A stretch of DNA of 64,000 nucleotides. Source: an uncultured virus (IMG/VR IMGVR_UViG_2061766007_002383). Its lineage: Duplodnaviria > Heunggongvirae > Uroviricota > Caudoviricetes. Below are positions 48,952-57,356 of this stretch, piece after piece (the first letter of the stretch is position 1; each line of letters opens with the position of its first letter). A program made the position numbers and the translations under genes. Location: IMG/VR virus record IMGVR_UViG_2061766007_002383; one strand, given 5' to 3'. Below the pieces are notes generated by a model. It was not told the origin of the DNA and searched no databases. It saw nothing but the letters and a program-made list of their open reading frames with translations.

Positions 48952-49266
48952 TTACAATTGATAGACAGCACCTTTACAATCAAGATTAGTTCGTTTAAAA
49001 AACGATAATGTCGTACAATGATGCCTTGGGATACCAAAACGCTTATCTAAATAAATATAATATGTTAAATGTTTCCATGCTACATAATAATATTTAAAAG
49101 TATCCAATTGTTGATAGTATATTCTTTTACGCCTTTGACTTTNNNNNNNNNNNNNNNNNCTTTTAATTTGTAAACGTTTTTCATTCATACTTTCATATTC
49201 ACTATCCTTTGGTGGATATGAAAGAGTATAATACTCTTTTATGAAATTAGAAATCAATTTATTCAA
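48952..49266 (-). CDS. Basic hypothetical protein (contains N gap)
   Basis: TTG start after GAGAA. Confidence 0.4.
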   Translation of the reverse strand: MNKLISNFIKEYYTLSYPPKDSEYESMNEKRLQIKXXXXXXXSQRRKRIYYQQLDTFKYYYVAWKHLTYYIYLDKRFGIPRHHCTTLSFFKRTNLDCKGAVYQL

Positions 49267-49327
49267 CTTATATTCTCTATTAAAAAAAGTATTGTTATTA
49301 TTATTTTTTCTTTTTCTATTGCCTTTT

Positions 49328-49513
49328 TTATATCTTTTTGCTATTTTTATTCCTCCTTTTTAAATCTTTATTAATATCGTTGTTTGTTTTAGTCATACAC
49401 TTCTTCCACCTGCTGCAATTAAAAAGTTCACACTTCTTTAGTGGTATATCTTTTTGTTGCTTGATACAGTAGCATTTATCTTTAGATAATTTTTTTAATG
49501 TTGTCGATGACAT
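49328..49513 (-). CDS. Small basic Cys-rich protein
   Basis: CYC..C...C.....C, Lys-rich. Confidence 0.5.
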   Translation of the reverse strand: MSSTTLKKLSKDKCYCIKQQKDIPLKKCELFNCSRWKKCMTKTNNDINKDLKRRNKNSKKI

Positions 49514-49516
49514 TAT

Positions 49517-49771
49517 TTACCCCCCATAATATTCGATTTTTGTTATTGATGAATACATTATATCAGTACGATGAGAATCAAATTGTACAGTAATATAGTC
49601 AGGTGTTATTTTAGTAACTGATATTTTTCTATCACCCTTTACTCTTATACAATCATTATCAGCTGTATATATCTTTACAATTGTTGCAGACTTAATCTTA
49701 TCACCTAACTCATAATATAATGTATGAGAAGAAGATGAATTCATTAAACCTATTAAGTCTTCTTTACTCAT
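49517..49771 (-). CDS. Small beta-rich protein
   Basis: ORF coupled to the upstream gene; ends DIMYSSITKIEY. Confidence 0.55.
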   Translation of the reverse strand: MSKEDLIGLMNSSSSHTLYYELGDKIKSATIVKIYTADNDCIRVKGDRKISVTKITPDYITVQFDSHRTDIMYSSITKIEYYGG

Positions 49772-50070
49772 TCTATCACCTCATATAAATAACAAACAAA
49801 AAATTTATCAGATAAATGTTGTTCATAATCTGCAATAAAATTAGGATTGTCAATAACTTCAGCAACTTTCGATGGAACTCTATCTACAAAAATGACATTA
49901 GGAAAAGGATGATAATCGTATTCCTTTTCTAATTCATCAAGCTGTTTTTTTTCTTCATCACTAATAGCAAAAGGGTCATTTGATATTCTAATAGAATAAT
50001 GTGTCCAATTATCTGATATATCAATACCATATTGCATTACTCTATATAGATTATACATACTCATCATCAC
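49768..50070 (-). CDS. Hypothetical protein
   Basis: GGTGATG RBS, overlapping operon. Confidence 0.55.
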   Translation of the reverse strand: MMMSMYNLYRVMQYGIDISDNWTHYSIRISNDPFAISDEEKKQLDELEKEYDYHPFPNVIFVDRVPSKVAEVIDNPNFIADYEQHLSDKFFVCYLYEVIE

Positions 50071-50836
50071 CTACATAATCTTCTGCTATAGTCAAGCGTA
50101 AAACAAGTTCATCATACCCACGTTCTTTACAAAAACTATGTGCATGATAAGACATTCTTCCAACCAAGTTATCCATTACTGACCATTTGACATCATCATG
50201 AGTGTATTCTCCAATTACATGAAAATGTAAATATCCATCATAAATAGCAGGTTTATCATCTGGATTAATGACTACATCAAAATCAAACTCTTCATTAATC
50301 TTTTTAGATACATATTTACATAATTCTATATATTGTGATTGACATTGATACCATAATTGAGTCAAAAGAGAATGCTTAATGCTATCTAAAAATCTATATT
50401 GCATTTCAATATGTTCAATTTTATCTTGTAAAGTACAAACAACATGAGATGGCTTTGTAAAAAAATCAAAACCTACAAGAGCATTGATTGTATTTGCAAC
50501 AGATTCTATCTTATAATTATTGTCTATGCAAAAGTCTACATCTTCTCTTGCTGGAATACAAACATCTCTATCCGCTCTTACACAATCGACCATAATTTTC
50601 TCACGTCTGATTAAGATTGACATCACTTCCGCATATGGAAAAAATTTTAATGTATCATTAATACCATCAACATCTGCCACATATACATTAATTTTATTTT
50701 CATCAAATTGACGTTTTAAACTACAATATCTGTACCCATCTATCTCTGTTGAAGCTACAACTTCATCTGATTGAAGTAAAGCATCCATAAAATTAGTACT
50801 AATAAATTCATGCCCAAATTCATCGGCTTCTCTCAT
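50051..50836 (-). CDS. Hypothetical protein
   Basis: 261-aa ORF. Confidence 0.6.
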   Translation of the reverse strand: MREADEFGHEFISTNFMDALLQSDEVVASTEIDGYRYCSLKRQFDENKINVYVADVDGINDTLKFFPYAEVMSILIRREKIMVDCVRADRDVCIPAREDVDFCIDNNYKIESVANTINALVGFDFFTKPSHVVCTLQDKIEHIEMQYRFLDSIKHSLLTQLWYQCQSQYIELCKYVSKKINEEFDFDVVINPDDKPAIYDGYLHFHVIGEYTHDDVKWSVMDNLVGRMSYHAHSFCKERGYDELVLRLTIAEDYVGDDEYV

Positions 50837-51096
50837 TTCTCTATCGGTNNNNNNNNNNNNNNNNNNNNNNNNNNNNNNNNNNNNNNNNNNNNNNNNNNNN
50901 NNNNNNNNNNNNNNNNNNNNTAATCTTCATTGCATCACCCCTATATATTATCCCACCATTTTATAATTTGTTTGGCGGTAGTTTTAATTTTAAAGCCGCC
51001 AAAACGTTTCATTGAATAAAAAAAATCTTCTCTTTCTATTTCTGATACAATATAATCTGCTAATTCTTCAATTGATTCCTCCACTCTTATCTCTCC

Positions 51097-51312
51097 CTAA
51101 TTTTGTTTTTTCTCCAGCTCTTCATCATGGTGTCTTACAACACCTTCCAAAATAAAGGCATTATATTTTTTCAATTCTTCTATTTCGTTTTTAAGTTGTG
51201 TATTTTCTTCTTTTAATTTGTCAATTTGTTTTTCTAAACTTTTTATCACTTCGGATGATGAATAAGTCCATGTTAACCACCCATGTCGGTCTACTGGCTC
51301 ATACATATTCAT
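51097..51312 (-). CDS. Small coiled-coil protein
   Basis: LEKQIDKLKEENTQLKNEIEEL. Confidence 0.55.
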   Translation of the reverse strand: MNMYEPVDRHGWLTWTYSSSEVIKSLEKQIDKLKEENTQLKNEIEELKKYNAFILEGVVRHHDEELEKKQN

Positions 51313-51653
51313 TCACCCTTTTGTTTCTCATCATATTCTTTCACCACCATATTTAGATACTCTTTTACAAGTTCATAAAATCCTTCTTCAATCGGTTTTA
51401 AGTCAACATTTTTTTCTTTAATAAAAACATTATAGAAGTCAAAGCATTCTTCAACTTCATTATAAATATCTTGTGTATTAAATTGCTTATCTACTAAATC
51501 AATTATTTGTTGACTTACTTTCTCAACTATAAGGATGGCGATATCATTTTCACCAGGTTTATAATCCCTTATAGCACTTAATATGATTGTTAAATGTTCA
51601 TTATCACTCAACAGCATTTTCATCTTCACTTTCTTGTGTTTCTTCTTCAACAT
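51309..51653 (-). CDS. Hypothetical protein
   Basis: ORF in operon. Confidence 0.5.
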   Translation of the reverse strand: MLKKKHKKVKMKMLLSDNEHLTIILSAIRDYKPGENDIAILIVEKVSQQIIDLVDKQFNTQDIYNEVEECFDFYNVFIKEKNVDLKPIEEGFYELVKEYLNMVVKEYDEKQKGE

Positions 51654-51894
51654 GATAAAGCATCAATTTCACAGACTGAATTTCATTGGTATTAATTAAA
51701 GTAATCATTGACATACTTTGATTCGGAAAAACACGCTCTATTATTAAAGCAGTTGCACCTACTTGTGCATTGTCTCCAAAATTGATTTTATGTACATCGC
51801 TTCTTGTAGTTATTTCAATAAATGCGTTTTCATCCAATAAATTAATTAAGTCTGTAATAAATGAATTACCGACTGAATCTTTTACATGCCACAT
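51604..51894 (-). CDS. Small beta-rich protein
   Basis: GGTGA RBS; ends LINTNEIQSVKL. Confidence 0.55.
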   Translation of the reverse strand: MWHVKDSVGNSFITDLINLLDENAFIEITTRSDVHKINFGDNAQVGATALIIERVFPNQSMSMITLINTNEIQSVKLMLYHVEEETQESEDENAVE

Positions 51895-51903
51895 TTTATC
51901 ACC

Positions 51904-52296
51904 TTATTCAACTATATACATTCTGTTAAGTTCGATTAAAAATTCTTCACAATAGTCTTCTAAAGCAGGTTCTAATTCATTTTTGTAAAAAGTAGCAAAA
52001 ATATCATACTCACCTTTATTATTATTCCAATATAAAATATCAATTGAATCTTCACCTACATCAAGTTTTAAAGGTTCATGCTCATAATGTAATAACTTAT
52101 CTGATAATTCAAGATTTTTTAAAGTTAATTCATTATTTCTTTTACACATTTGATGATATTTCTCATTCCATTCCTTGCGAGCATGTTCACTTTTAGATAA
52201 TTCACCATGTAATTTATTTATTTCTTTTTTTAATTCTTTAATTTCTTTCTGCTTTCTTTCTATTAAACTATCATCTAAACTGTCTAATGTAAGCAT
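51904..52296 (-). CDS. Coiled-coil hypothetical protein
   Basis: GAGGTGA RBS. Confidence 0.6.
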   Translation of the reverse strand: MLTLDSLDDSLIERKQKEIKELKKEINKLHGELSKSEHARKEWNEKYHQMCKRNNELTLKNLELSDKLLHYEHEPLKLDVGEDSIDILYWNNNKGEYDIFATFYKNELEPALEDYCEEFLIELNRMYIVE

Positions 52297-52317
52297 TTAA
52301 TCACCTCATTCCATTTC

Positions 52318-52677
52318 TTACCAATGACATTTATGTCTATTTGCGGTAAATCGCATTGTACGATTATTTAATGATTGACAAGTTTCATTTGCAGTATTCT
52401 GTACATATTCGTAGTTATCATCATCAAAATGCCATGATAAAATGTCTTGACATCTTTTATTGTCATGTATGTAGAGTATTTTACCCCTTTTGACAACTGA
52501 ATATCTTTTAACTGAACGAACAAAGTCTGTCTTGATTTTTTCAATATCAAGTACTGTGGCGATAATAGTTTCTTCACCGACTTCTTCAATCATTTCATCT
52601 ATATATTCATCAATAGTTATATCTGATAACCATTTCAATAATTCACCTGCTGTGTATTCATGAAATATATCATCCAT
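52318..52677 (-). CDS. Hypothetical protein
   Basis: GGAGAG RBS. Confidence 0.55.
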   Translation of the reverse strand: MDDIFHEYTAGELLKWLSDITIDEYIDEMIEEVGEETIIATVLDIEKIKTDFVRSVKRYSVVKRGKILYIHDNKRCQDILSWHFDDDNYEYVQNTANETCQSLNNRTMRFTANRHKCHW

Positions 52678-52678
52678 A

Positions 52679-52936
52679 TTATTCTCTCCTTAATCTAATT
52701 TTAATATTTAAATTCATTACTCCATGTTTATTAAAGATTTTAAACACTACAATATCTGGTATTCTTTCATAAAAGTATTCTACATCAAGTATCACAAATT
52801 GACGTGGACAAAATTCAATATAAAAACAACCATCATTATAATGCTTAATAATATAATCTTTTGACAATCTGTAGTTATGCTCTGTTAATACATTTATAAC
52901 TCTGTCAAAAGCTTGCTTTTCATCCAAATCTATCAC
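52679..52936 (-). CDS. Hypothetical protein
   Basis: Coupled ORF. Confidence 0.5.
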   Translation of the reverse strand: MIDLDEKQAFDRVINVLTEHNYRLSKDYIIKHYNDGCFYIEFCPRQFVILDVEYFYERIPDIVVFKIFNKHGVMNLNIKIRLRRE

Positions 52937-53211
52937 CCTTTAACTTGTTCCCAATATTTAGCAATCTCTGCTTTATCTTCGGCATCATCACATCGTACAG
53001 TAATTTTATATCTACCACTTTCAATATTGGTATCGGATAAATACATCTCTAACTGCACATGCCAGTCACTTAAGACATAGATTTTATCTCTATAATTTTG
53101 TCTAATGACTCTTGTGGCATCGTTACATATTTGTGTACCATTATACTTTGTGGACACTTCTTCTAATAATCGTGCTATTTCTTGGGCATTTTCTTTTACT
53201 ATTTCGTGCAT
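52933..53211 (-). CDS. Hypothetical protein
   Basis: AGGTGA RBS. Confidence 0.55.
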   Translation of the reverse strand: MHEIVKENAQEIARLLEEVSTKYNGTQICNDATRVIRQNYRDKIYVLSDWHVQLEMYLSDTNIESGRYKITVRCDDAEDKAEIAKYWEQVKG

Positions 53212-53285
53212 TTAATCACCTGAATACCCATAAACTATTGCTACTGCAATAGCCAATAAAGCAACTAAAGATATTGCTAAAAACA

Positions 53286-54026
53286 TTATTTAACTCCTAT
53301 AATTTTTTTTATAATGTCATCAGTCACTACATCTGTATAATAATGTGCAGATGAACATTGATAATATATACCATTAAACTCTAAAGATGGATAATATTTT
53401 CTTAATGTTCTAACCATATTTAACCCTATATATGATATGAATAACATATTTGATGGAAAAGCATTATATATATCATTGGAACGAAACATGACTGATAAAA
53501 ATAATTTATCATCACGAATTAAGGCTTGTATCCAATTAAGACAAGGAATATGTTCTTCATTTCTGTCTAAACCTACATTATATAATGTAGCAACAGCACG
53601 ATTACTACCTTTATTTTTAATTAAACGTTCACACATAATTTCAATTTGGTCAAAAAATAAAGGCATACCAATTTCATTAACAGTATGCATATTTTTTAAT
53701 CGTTCTGGATAAGTATAAACAAAGTTATTATCTTCAAATAAAAAAATCTGTTTATCATCATCAAATGCGGATACATATTCTGCTAAAGCTTCACCTTTAA
53801 TTTCATATCCATCTATATCAAAGTAACCTTGCTTAATATAATCTAAATATTTTTCTTCTTCATATAAAAAAAGTTGCTCTAATGGATTATCTATCCATCC
53901 ACTTATATTAAGTATTTCTTTTATTTCTGCATCATCTTTATAATGAATATGTCCTTTTATATATATATCTCTTAATATTTTTCTCCATAATGATTTAATT
54001 GAACTCATGTAAGACAACACCCCCAT
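53286..54026 (-). CDS. thyA: Thymidylate synthase (archaeal ThyA-like)
   Basis: YTYPERL, SNRA, IPCLNWIQ, FRSNDIYNAFPSN, SAHYY. Confidence 0.85.
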   Translation of the reverse strand: MGVLSYMSSIKSLWRKILRDIYIKGHIHYKDDAEIKEILNISGWIDNPLEQLFLYEEEKYLDYIKQGYFDIDGYEIKGEALAEYVSAFDDDKQIFLFEDNNFVYTYPERLKNMHTVNEIGMPLFFDQIEIMCERLIKNKGSNRAVATLYNVGLDRNEEHIPCLNWIQALIRDDKLFLSVMFRSNDIYNAFPSNMLFISYIGLNMVRTLRKYYPSLEFNGIYYQCSSAHYYTDVVTDDIIKKIIGVK

Positions 54027-54048
54027 AAAAAAATAAGTACTTACGTAC

Positions 54049-54339
54049 TCATTCTCCTTCGCTTTGTTCTTCTACAGCTTCTGCAGAAAATAATTCTTCT
54101 TTAATTGCAGTATAAGCAGCAGTCTGTTCTTGTTCAGTCATAATATCTGTGCCAATACTGTCTAAAAGTTTCAATTTATTAGCAATTTTTAATTGTGCTT
54201 CTAAATTGTCTAAATCTAAATCTAATTCATCAATCTTTACATCCAAGTCTAAAGCGTCAATATTATTTGCAATTGCATCTAATTTTGCGTCTACAGACTC
54301 ATATATGTCTTGTAATATGTAATAATCACAGCTAGCCAT
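54049..54339 (-). CDS. Acidic helical protein
   Basis: GAGG RBS, LD repeats; QLKIANKLKLLDS is shared with the neighbouring gene. Confidence 0.6.
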   Translation of the reverse strand: MASCDYYILQDIYESVDAKLDAIANNIDALDLDVKIDELDLDLDNLEAQLKIANKLKLLDSIGTDIMTEQEQTAAYTAIKEELFSAEAVEEQSEGE

Positions 54340-54389
54340 GTTTTTTCCTCATTAATTTATATTAATTGTTGTTTTGTTGTATAATCTAT

Positions 54390-54584
54390 TTAATCTTTTA
54401 GATATGACTGCTTAATTTCATCAAAAACTTGTTGATAAAGTTCTTGAATTTCATTAATAGGAATGATAGAGTCAGGATGATTGTATTGACTATTTAATAT
54501 CTGTAACATATTACTTATTGTCAACTGTTTGACCAGTTCTTCTGCTAATTCTCTGTCTGATGATTTTTTTAAAAAATTAAACAT
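54390..54584 (-). CDS. Hypothetical protein (partial paralog of 54049-54339)
   Basis: QLTISNMLQILNS. Confidence 0.55.
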   Translation of the reverse strand: MFNFLKKSSDRELAEELVKQLTISNMLQILNSQYNHPDSIIPINEIQELYQQVFDEIKQSYLKD

Positions 54585-54588
54585 TTAC

Positions 54589-54948
54589 TCACCTAATTAA
54601 TGATTTAATTCTANNNNNNNNNNNTTCAAAAGAAACCTTCGCCTTTTGAGCCATTTTCCTTGCTTCTTTATAATCATATACAAACCAGTCAAAACCAGCT
54701 TCTAATACCTTGCCTTTTACTTTTAAAATATCTATAGATTGAAAGACATATGTCTTCTTATTAATGTTGCGAGCGTATCTCCAAGTAAATCCTTGTTTAC
54801 AGTCAGTACATTTAGTCAAAGCAAGATGAGATATACCAGTTTCAGTACTTCTTTTTCTACGACGAGTAGGATTCTTTTGCTTTTCTGTTGAATATTTGCT
54901 TCTTGCTTCTAGAAATAGTTCGCCTAAATTCCTTGTTTTTGTTGTAAT
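54589..54948 (-). CDS. Basic DNA-binding-like protein, probable ATT start
   Basis: The frame stays open 43 codons upstream of the TTG call, to ATT ATT right after GGTGGTGA. Motif STETG..L..TKCTDCKQGFTWRY. Confidence 0.5.
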   Translation of the reverse strand: MTTKTRNLGELFLEARSKYSTEKQKNPTRRRKRSTETGISHLALTKCTDCKQGFTWRYARNINKKTYVFQSIDILKVKGKVLEAGFDWFVYDYKEARKMAQKAKVSFEXXXXRIKSLIR

Positions 54949-55113
54949 AATATCACCACCAATATTTAACTTGACTATATGCTATATGATAGTTTTTATC
55001 ATGGCTAAAGATATATGAACTATCATTTGCTTTATATCTAATTTTCCATATTTTTTTATCGGCATTTCGACAAGCGATTGGATTAGCACAATAATTGTAG
55101 TGGATGAATGGCA

Positions 55114-55329
55114 TTATGTCACCACCTTCCACACATATCCATCTATGATTTCGCCACGAGTTTCATAATCTATTGCTCCTTCCAACTTTAACATATATTC
55201 GTTGGTTTCATCATCAAAGTAGAAGTCTGCAATGTCATAGTATTTATCACCAATAATTACGTTTATAGGTAGGTCATTAATTTTCCAATTACTTAATAAC
55301 GTAAGCACAAAATCACTTAATAACATCAT
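55114..55329 (-). CDS. Hypothetical protein
   Basis: Coupled ORF. Confidence 0.5.
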   Translation of the reverse strand: MMLLSDFVLTLLSNWKINDLPINVIIGDKYYDIADFYFDDETNEYMLKLEGAIDYETRGEIIDGYVWKVVT

Positions 55330-55649
55330 TATATTCCTGCTCTAAAATAATTGTTTTGTATCAAAAAGATACCATGTTTACCTACTGACAATATATTGAA
55401 TCCATATTCATCGCCTGCCATTGTAACGCAAAATATAGGTAACTTTAAAATGTTAAAAAATTCATTTATACCACTTGATTCATCGAGTATATCTGATATT
55501 GTAACACTTGTGCGAGATTCAACATGATTTTTTAATGCTAATGCTTTATTAAGTTCATCAATAAGTATACTCATGTCCACTTCATCACAACTGTTATAAA
55601 TGTTTTCTTTGTAGCATATAGTTTTTTCATCTTTATTGTAAGTAATCAT
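55329..55649 (-). CDS. Hypothetical protein
   Basis: GGAGA RBS. Confidence 0.55.
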   Translation of the reverse strand: MITYNKDEKTICYKENIYNSCDEVDMSILIDELNKALALKNHVESRTSVTISDILDESSGINEFFNILKLPIFCVTMAGDEYGFNILSVGKHGIFLIQNNYFRAGI

Positions 55650-55816
55650 TGTTATTCTCCATAAAAAAGAAACTTATTGCAAAGGATATATCAATTATTC
55701 CCATACATAAATTAAATAATTTTATCCAAAATTCATTCACAGTTAAAAAAAGACCTAAAAATAATATTCCACATAAAAATATCATTATTTTTGTCCATTC
55801 TTTCCAATCCATAATA

Positions 55817-56211
55817 TCACATTAAATATCCTGCTCTATCGCATTCATATCCAAGTTCAAACCACAAACTTTCATCATCAATTCCAACATCTGTCATTAC
55901 CATATTTTCTTCCCCAACATATCTACCAATTACTTCGACTGGCAAATCATCAGGTGCATCTTTAATTAATTCCTTAAGGTCTTTGATAGTAAAACCCATA
56001 TTTCTCACCTTTCTTCCTTGAAGTTTTAATATCTTCTTTGTAATCTCATCATTCTCTAACCATTCACCTTTTTCTATAAGCATAGTTTGGTCAATAGGAT
56101 TATATTCAACAATAACAACATTGCCTTCAATATAAGGTCTTCTTTGATAATAGCGCATGATAAAATCTTGCGCTATTTCAAGAGAAGCCCCTTTAGTGTG
56201 TCTTAATATCA
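55817..56211 (-). CDS. Hypothetical protein (internal RBS/ATG at MGFTIKDLKEL suggests two fused or nested genes)
   Basis: Open frame; internal AAGGTGAG before MGFTIK. The 5' start is uncertain. Confidence 0.4.
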
Positions 56212-56285
56212 TTGAACGCAAATATCGTTCTTCTTCAAGATAACATTTAATTATGCAATTATTAATATATTGTTGCAAATTTAAT

Positions 56286-56873
56286 TTAGCCATAAATACC
56301 TGCTTCTTTACGTTTTTCAGGATTGTTTTCATAAACAATTTCTTTTTGACCAACTCTTGGTTGAGTATTTCTATTCCATTGCTGAATGAATTGAGTGAAA
56401 TAACCTTGCTGTATATTATACACAAGTTTTCCGAAAGTGTACTCATTCAGATTGAGTCTTTTTCTTAATACCCTAGCTTCTTTTACTGTTGTCTTACGAG
56501 TTAATTCTTTCTGTGCAATGAATACTTCTTTAATCGTAATTTTTAATTTACGATTGTTAACAGTATAAAAGCGACCAAAATCATCCATACATGCAATATC
56601 CCATTTTGATTGTAATGATGGTGGCACTTTAAAAATGTCATCATCAGATACATTAACTCTTTTCCTTGGATATTTAGTCTTTTTAACTTCTTTCTGTTGA
56701 GTTTCAACATTTGGCTCATCTTCTCTTTTAACAGTACTTACATTAGTAGGTAAGCCATTAGTTAATTGGTTGATTTGAGTCATAGTTGCTCTCATAGTCG
56801 CAAGTTCTTTCTCCATTTTTTTAATTGTTTCCTTTTTGATGTATTCAACACCATTCAAATTGATTATCTCCAT
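56286..56873 (-). CDS. Hypothetical protein
   Basis: GGAGAGTG RBS, MEIINLNGVEYIKK. Confidence 0.6.
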   Translation of the reverse strand: MEIINLNGVEYIKKETIKKMEKELATMRATMTQINQLTNGLPTNVSTVKREDEPNVETQQKEVKKTKYPRKRVNVSDDDIFKVPPSLQSKWDIACMDDFGRFYTVNNRKLKITIKEVFIAQKELTRKTTVKEARVLRKRLNLNEYTFGKLVYNIQQGYFTQFIQQWNRNTQPRVGQKEIVYENNPEKRKEAGIYG

Positions 56874-56906
56874 ATTAAATCACTCTCCATTCTATTTTTT
56901 ATGGGT

Positions 56907-57305
56907 CTATAAATATTTTCCATTCTCTTTTAAAAATTTTGTCAAGGTCGCTGCACCCTCACTCCCCTTCCATTGCTCATGATATTTATTGTGACAAGTC
57001 TGACACAATACCATACCATTGTGGACGTCTGTCCCAAGTGTTGGATAAACAGATAATGGCATTACATGATGTACTTCAAGATGTGAATGTGTTCCACAAC
57101 ATTGACAAACCTTATCGTTCTGTTTTACTTTTTGCTTCCAAGAATTCATTCCTGGCGTATTTCTTAATGTCTGTGTCTTTTGTTTGTTTTTTGCGGTACT
57201 ATTATCAATAACAATATCTCCATTTATGACAATATCAGAATTATTATTCAATAGTTTGCTTAATTTTTCTAATGTGTCTAAATGGTCATCATTAAATTCT
57301 ACCAA
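56907..57305 (-). CDS. HNH endonuclease
   Basis: CQCCG...LEVHH...NGMVLCQTCHNKYH. TTG start after GGGGGTGA. Confidence 0.9.
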   Translation of the reverse strand: MVEFNDDHLDTLEKLSKLLNNNSDIVINGDIVIDNSTAKNKQKTQTLRNTPGMNSWKQKVKQNDKVCQCCGTHSHLEVHHVMPLSVYPTLGTDVHNGMVLCQTCHNKYHEQWKGSEGAATLTKFLKENGKYL

Positions 57306-57330
57306 TTTTATCACCCCCTTAATTATTTGT

Positions 57331-57356
57331 TTATGTAATTGATTACTTAAATACTT
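57331..57356 (-). promoter_or_regulatory. Conserved viral promoter/operator, copy 2
   Basis: AAGTATTTAAGTAATCAATTACATAA, 24/26 identical to 4998-5023, upstream of the HNH gene. Confidence 0.6.

Noticed and set aside
53286..54026. dCMP hydroxymethylase / DNA hypermodification system
   Set aside because: The motif ends in Asn (AFPSN), consistent with dUMP specificity, and no glycosyltransferase or kinase partners were seen. A dUMP hydroxymethylase cannot be fully excluded.
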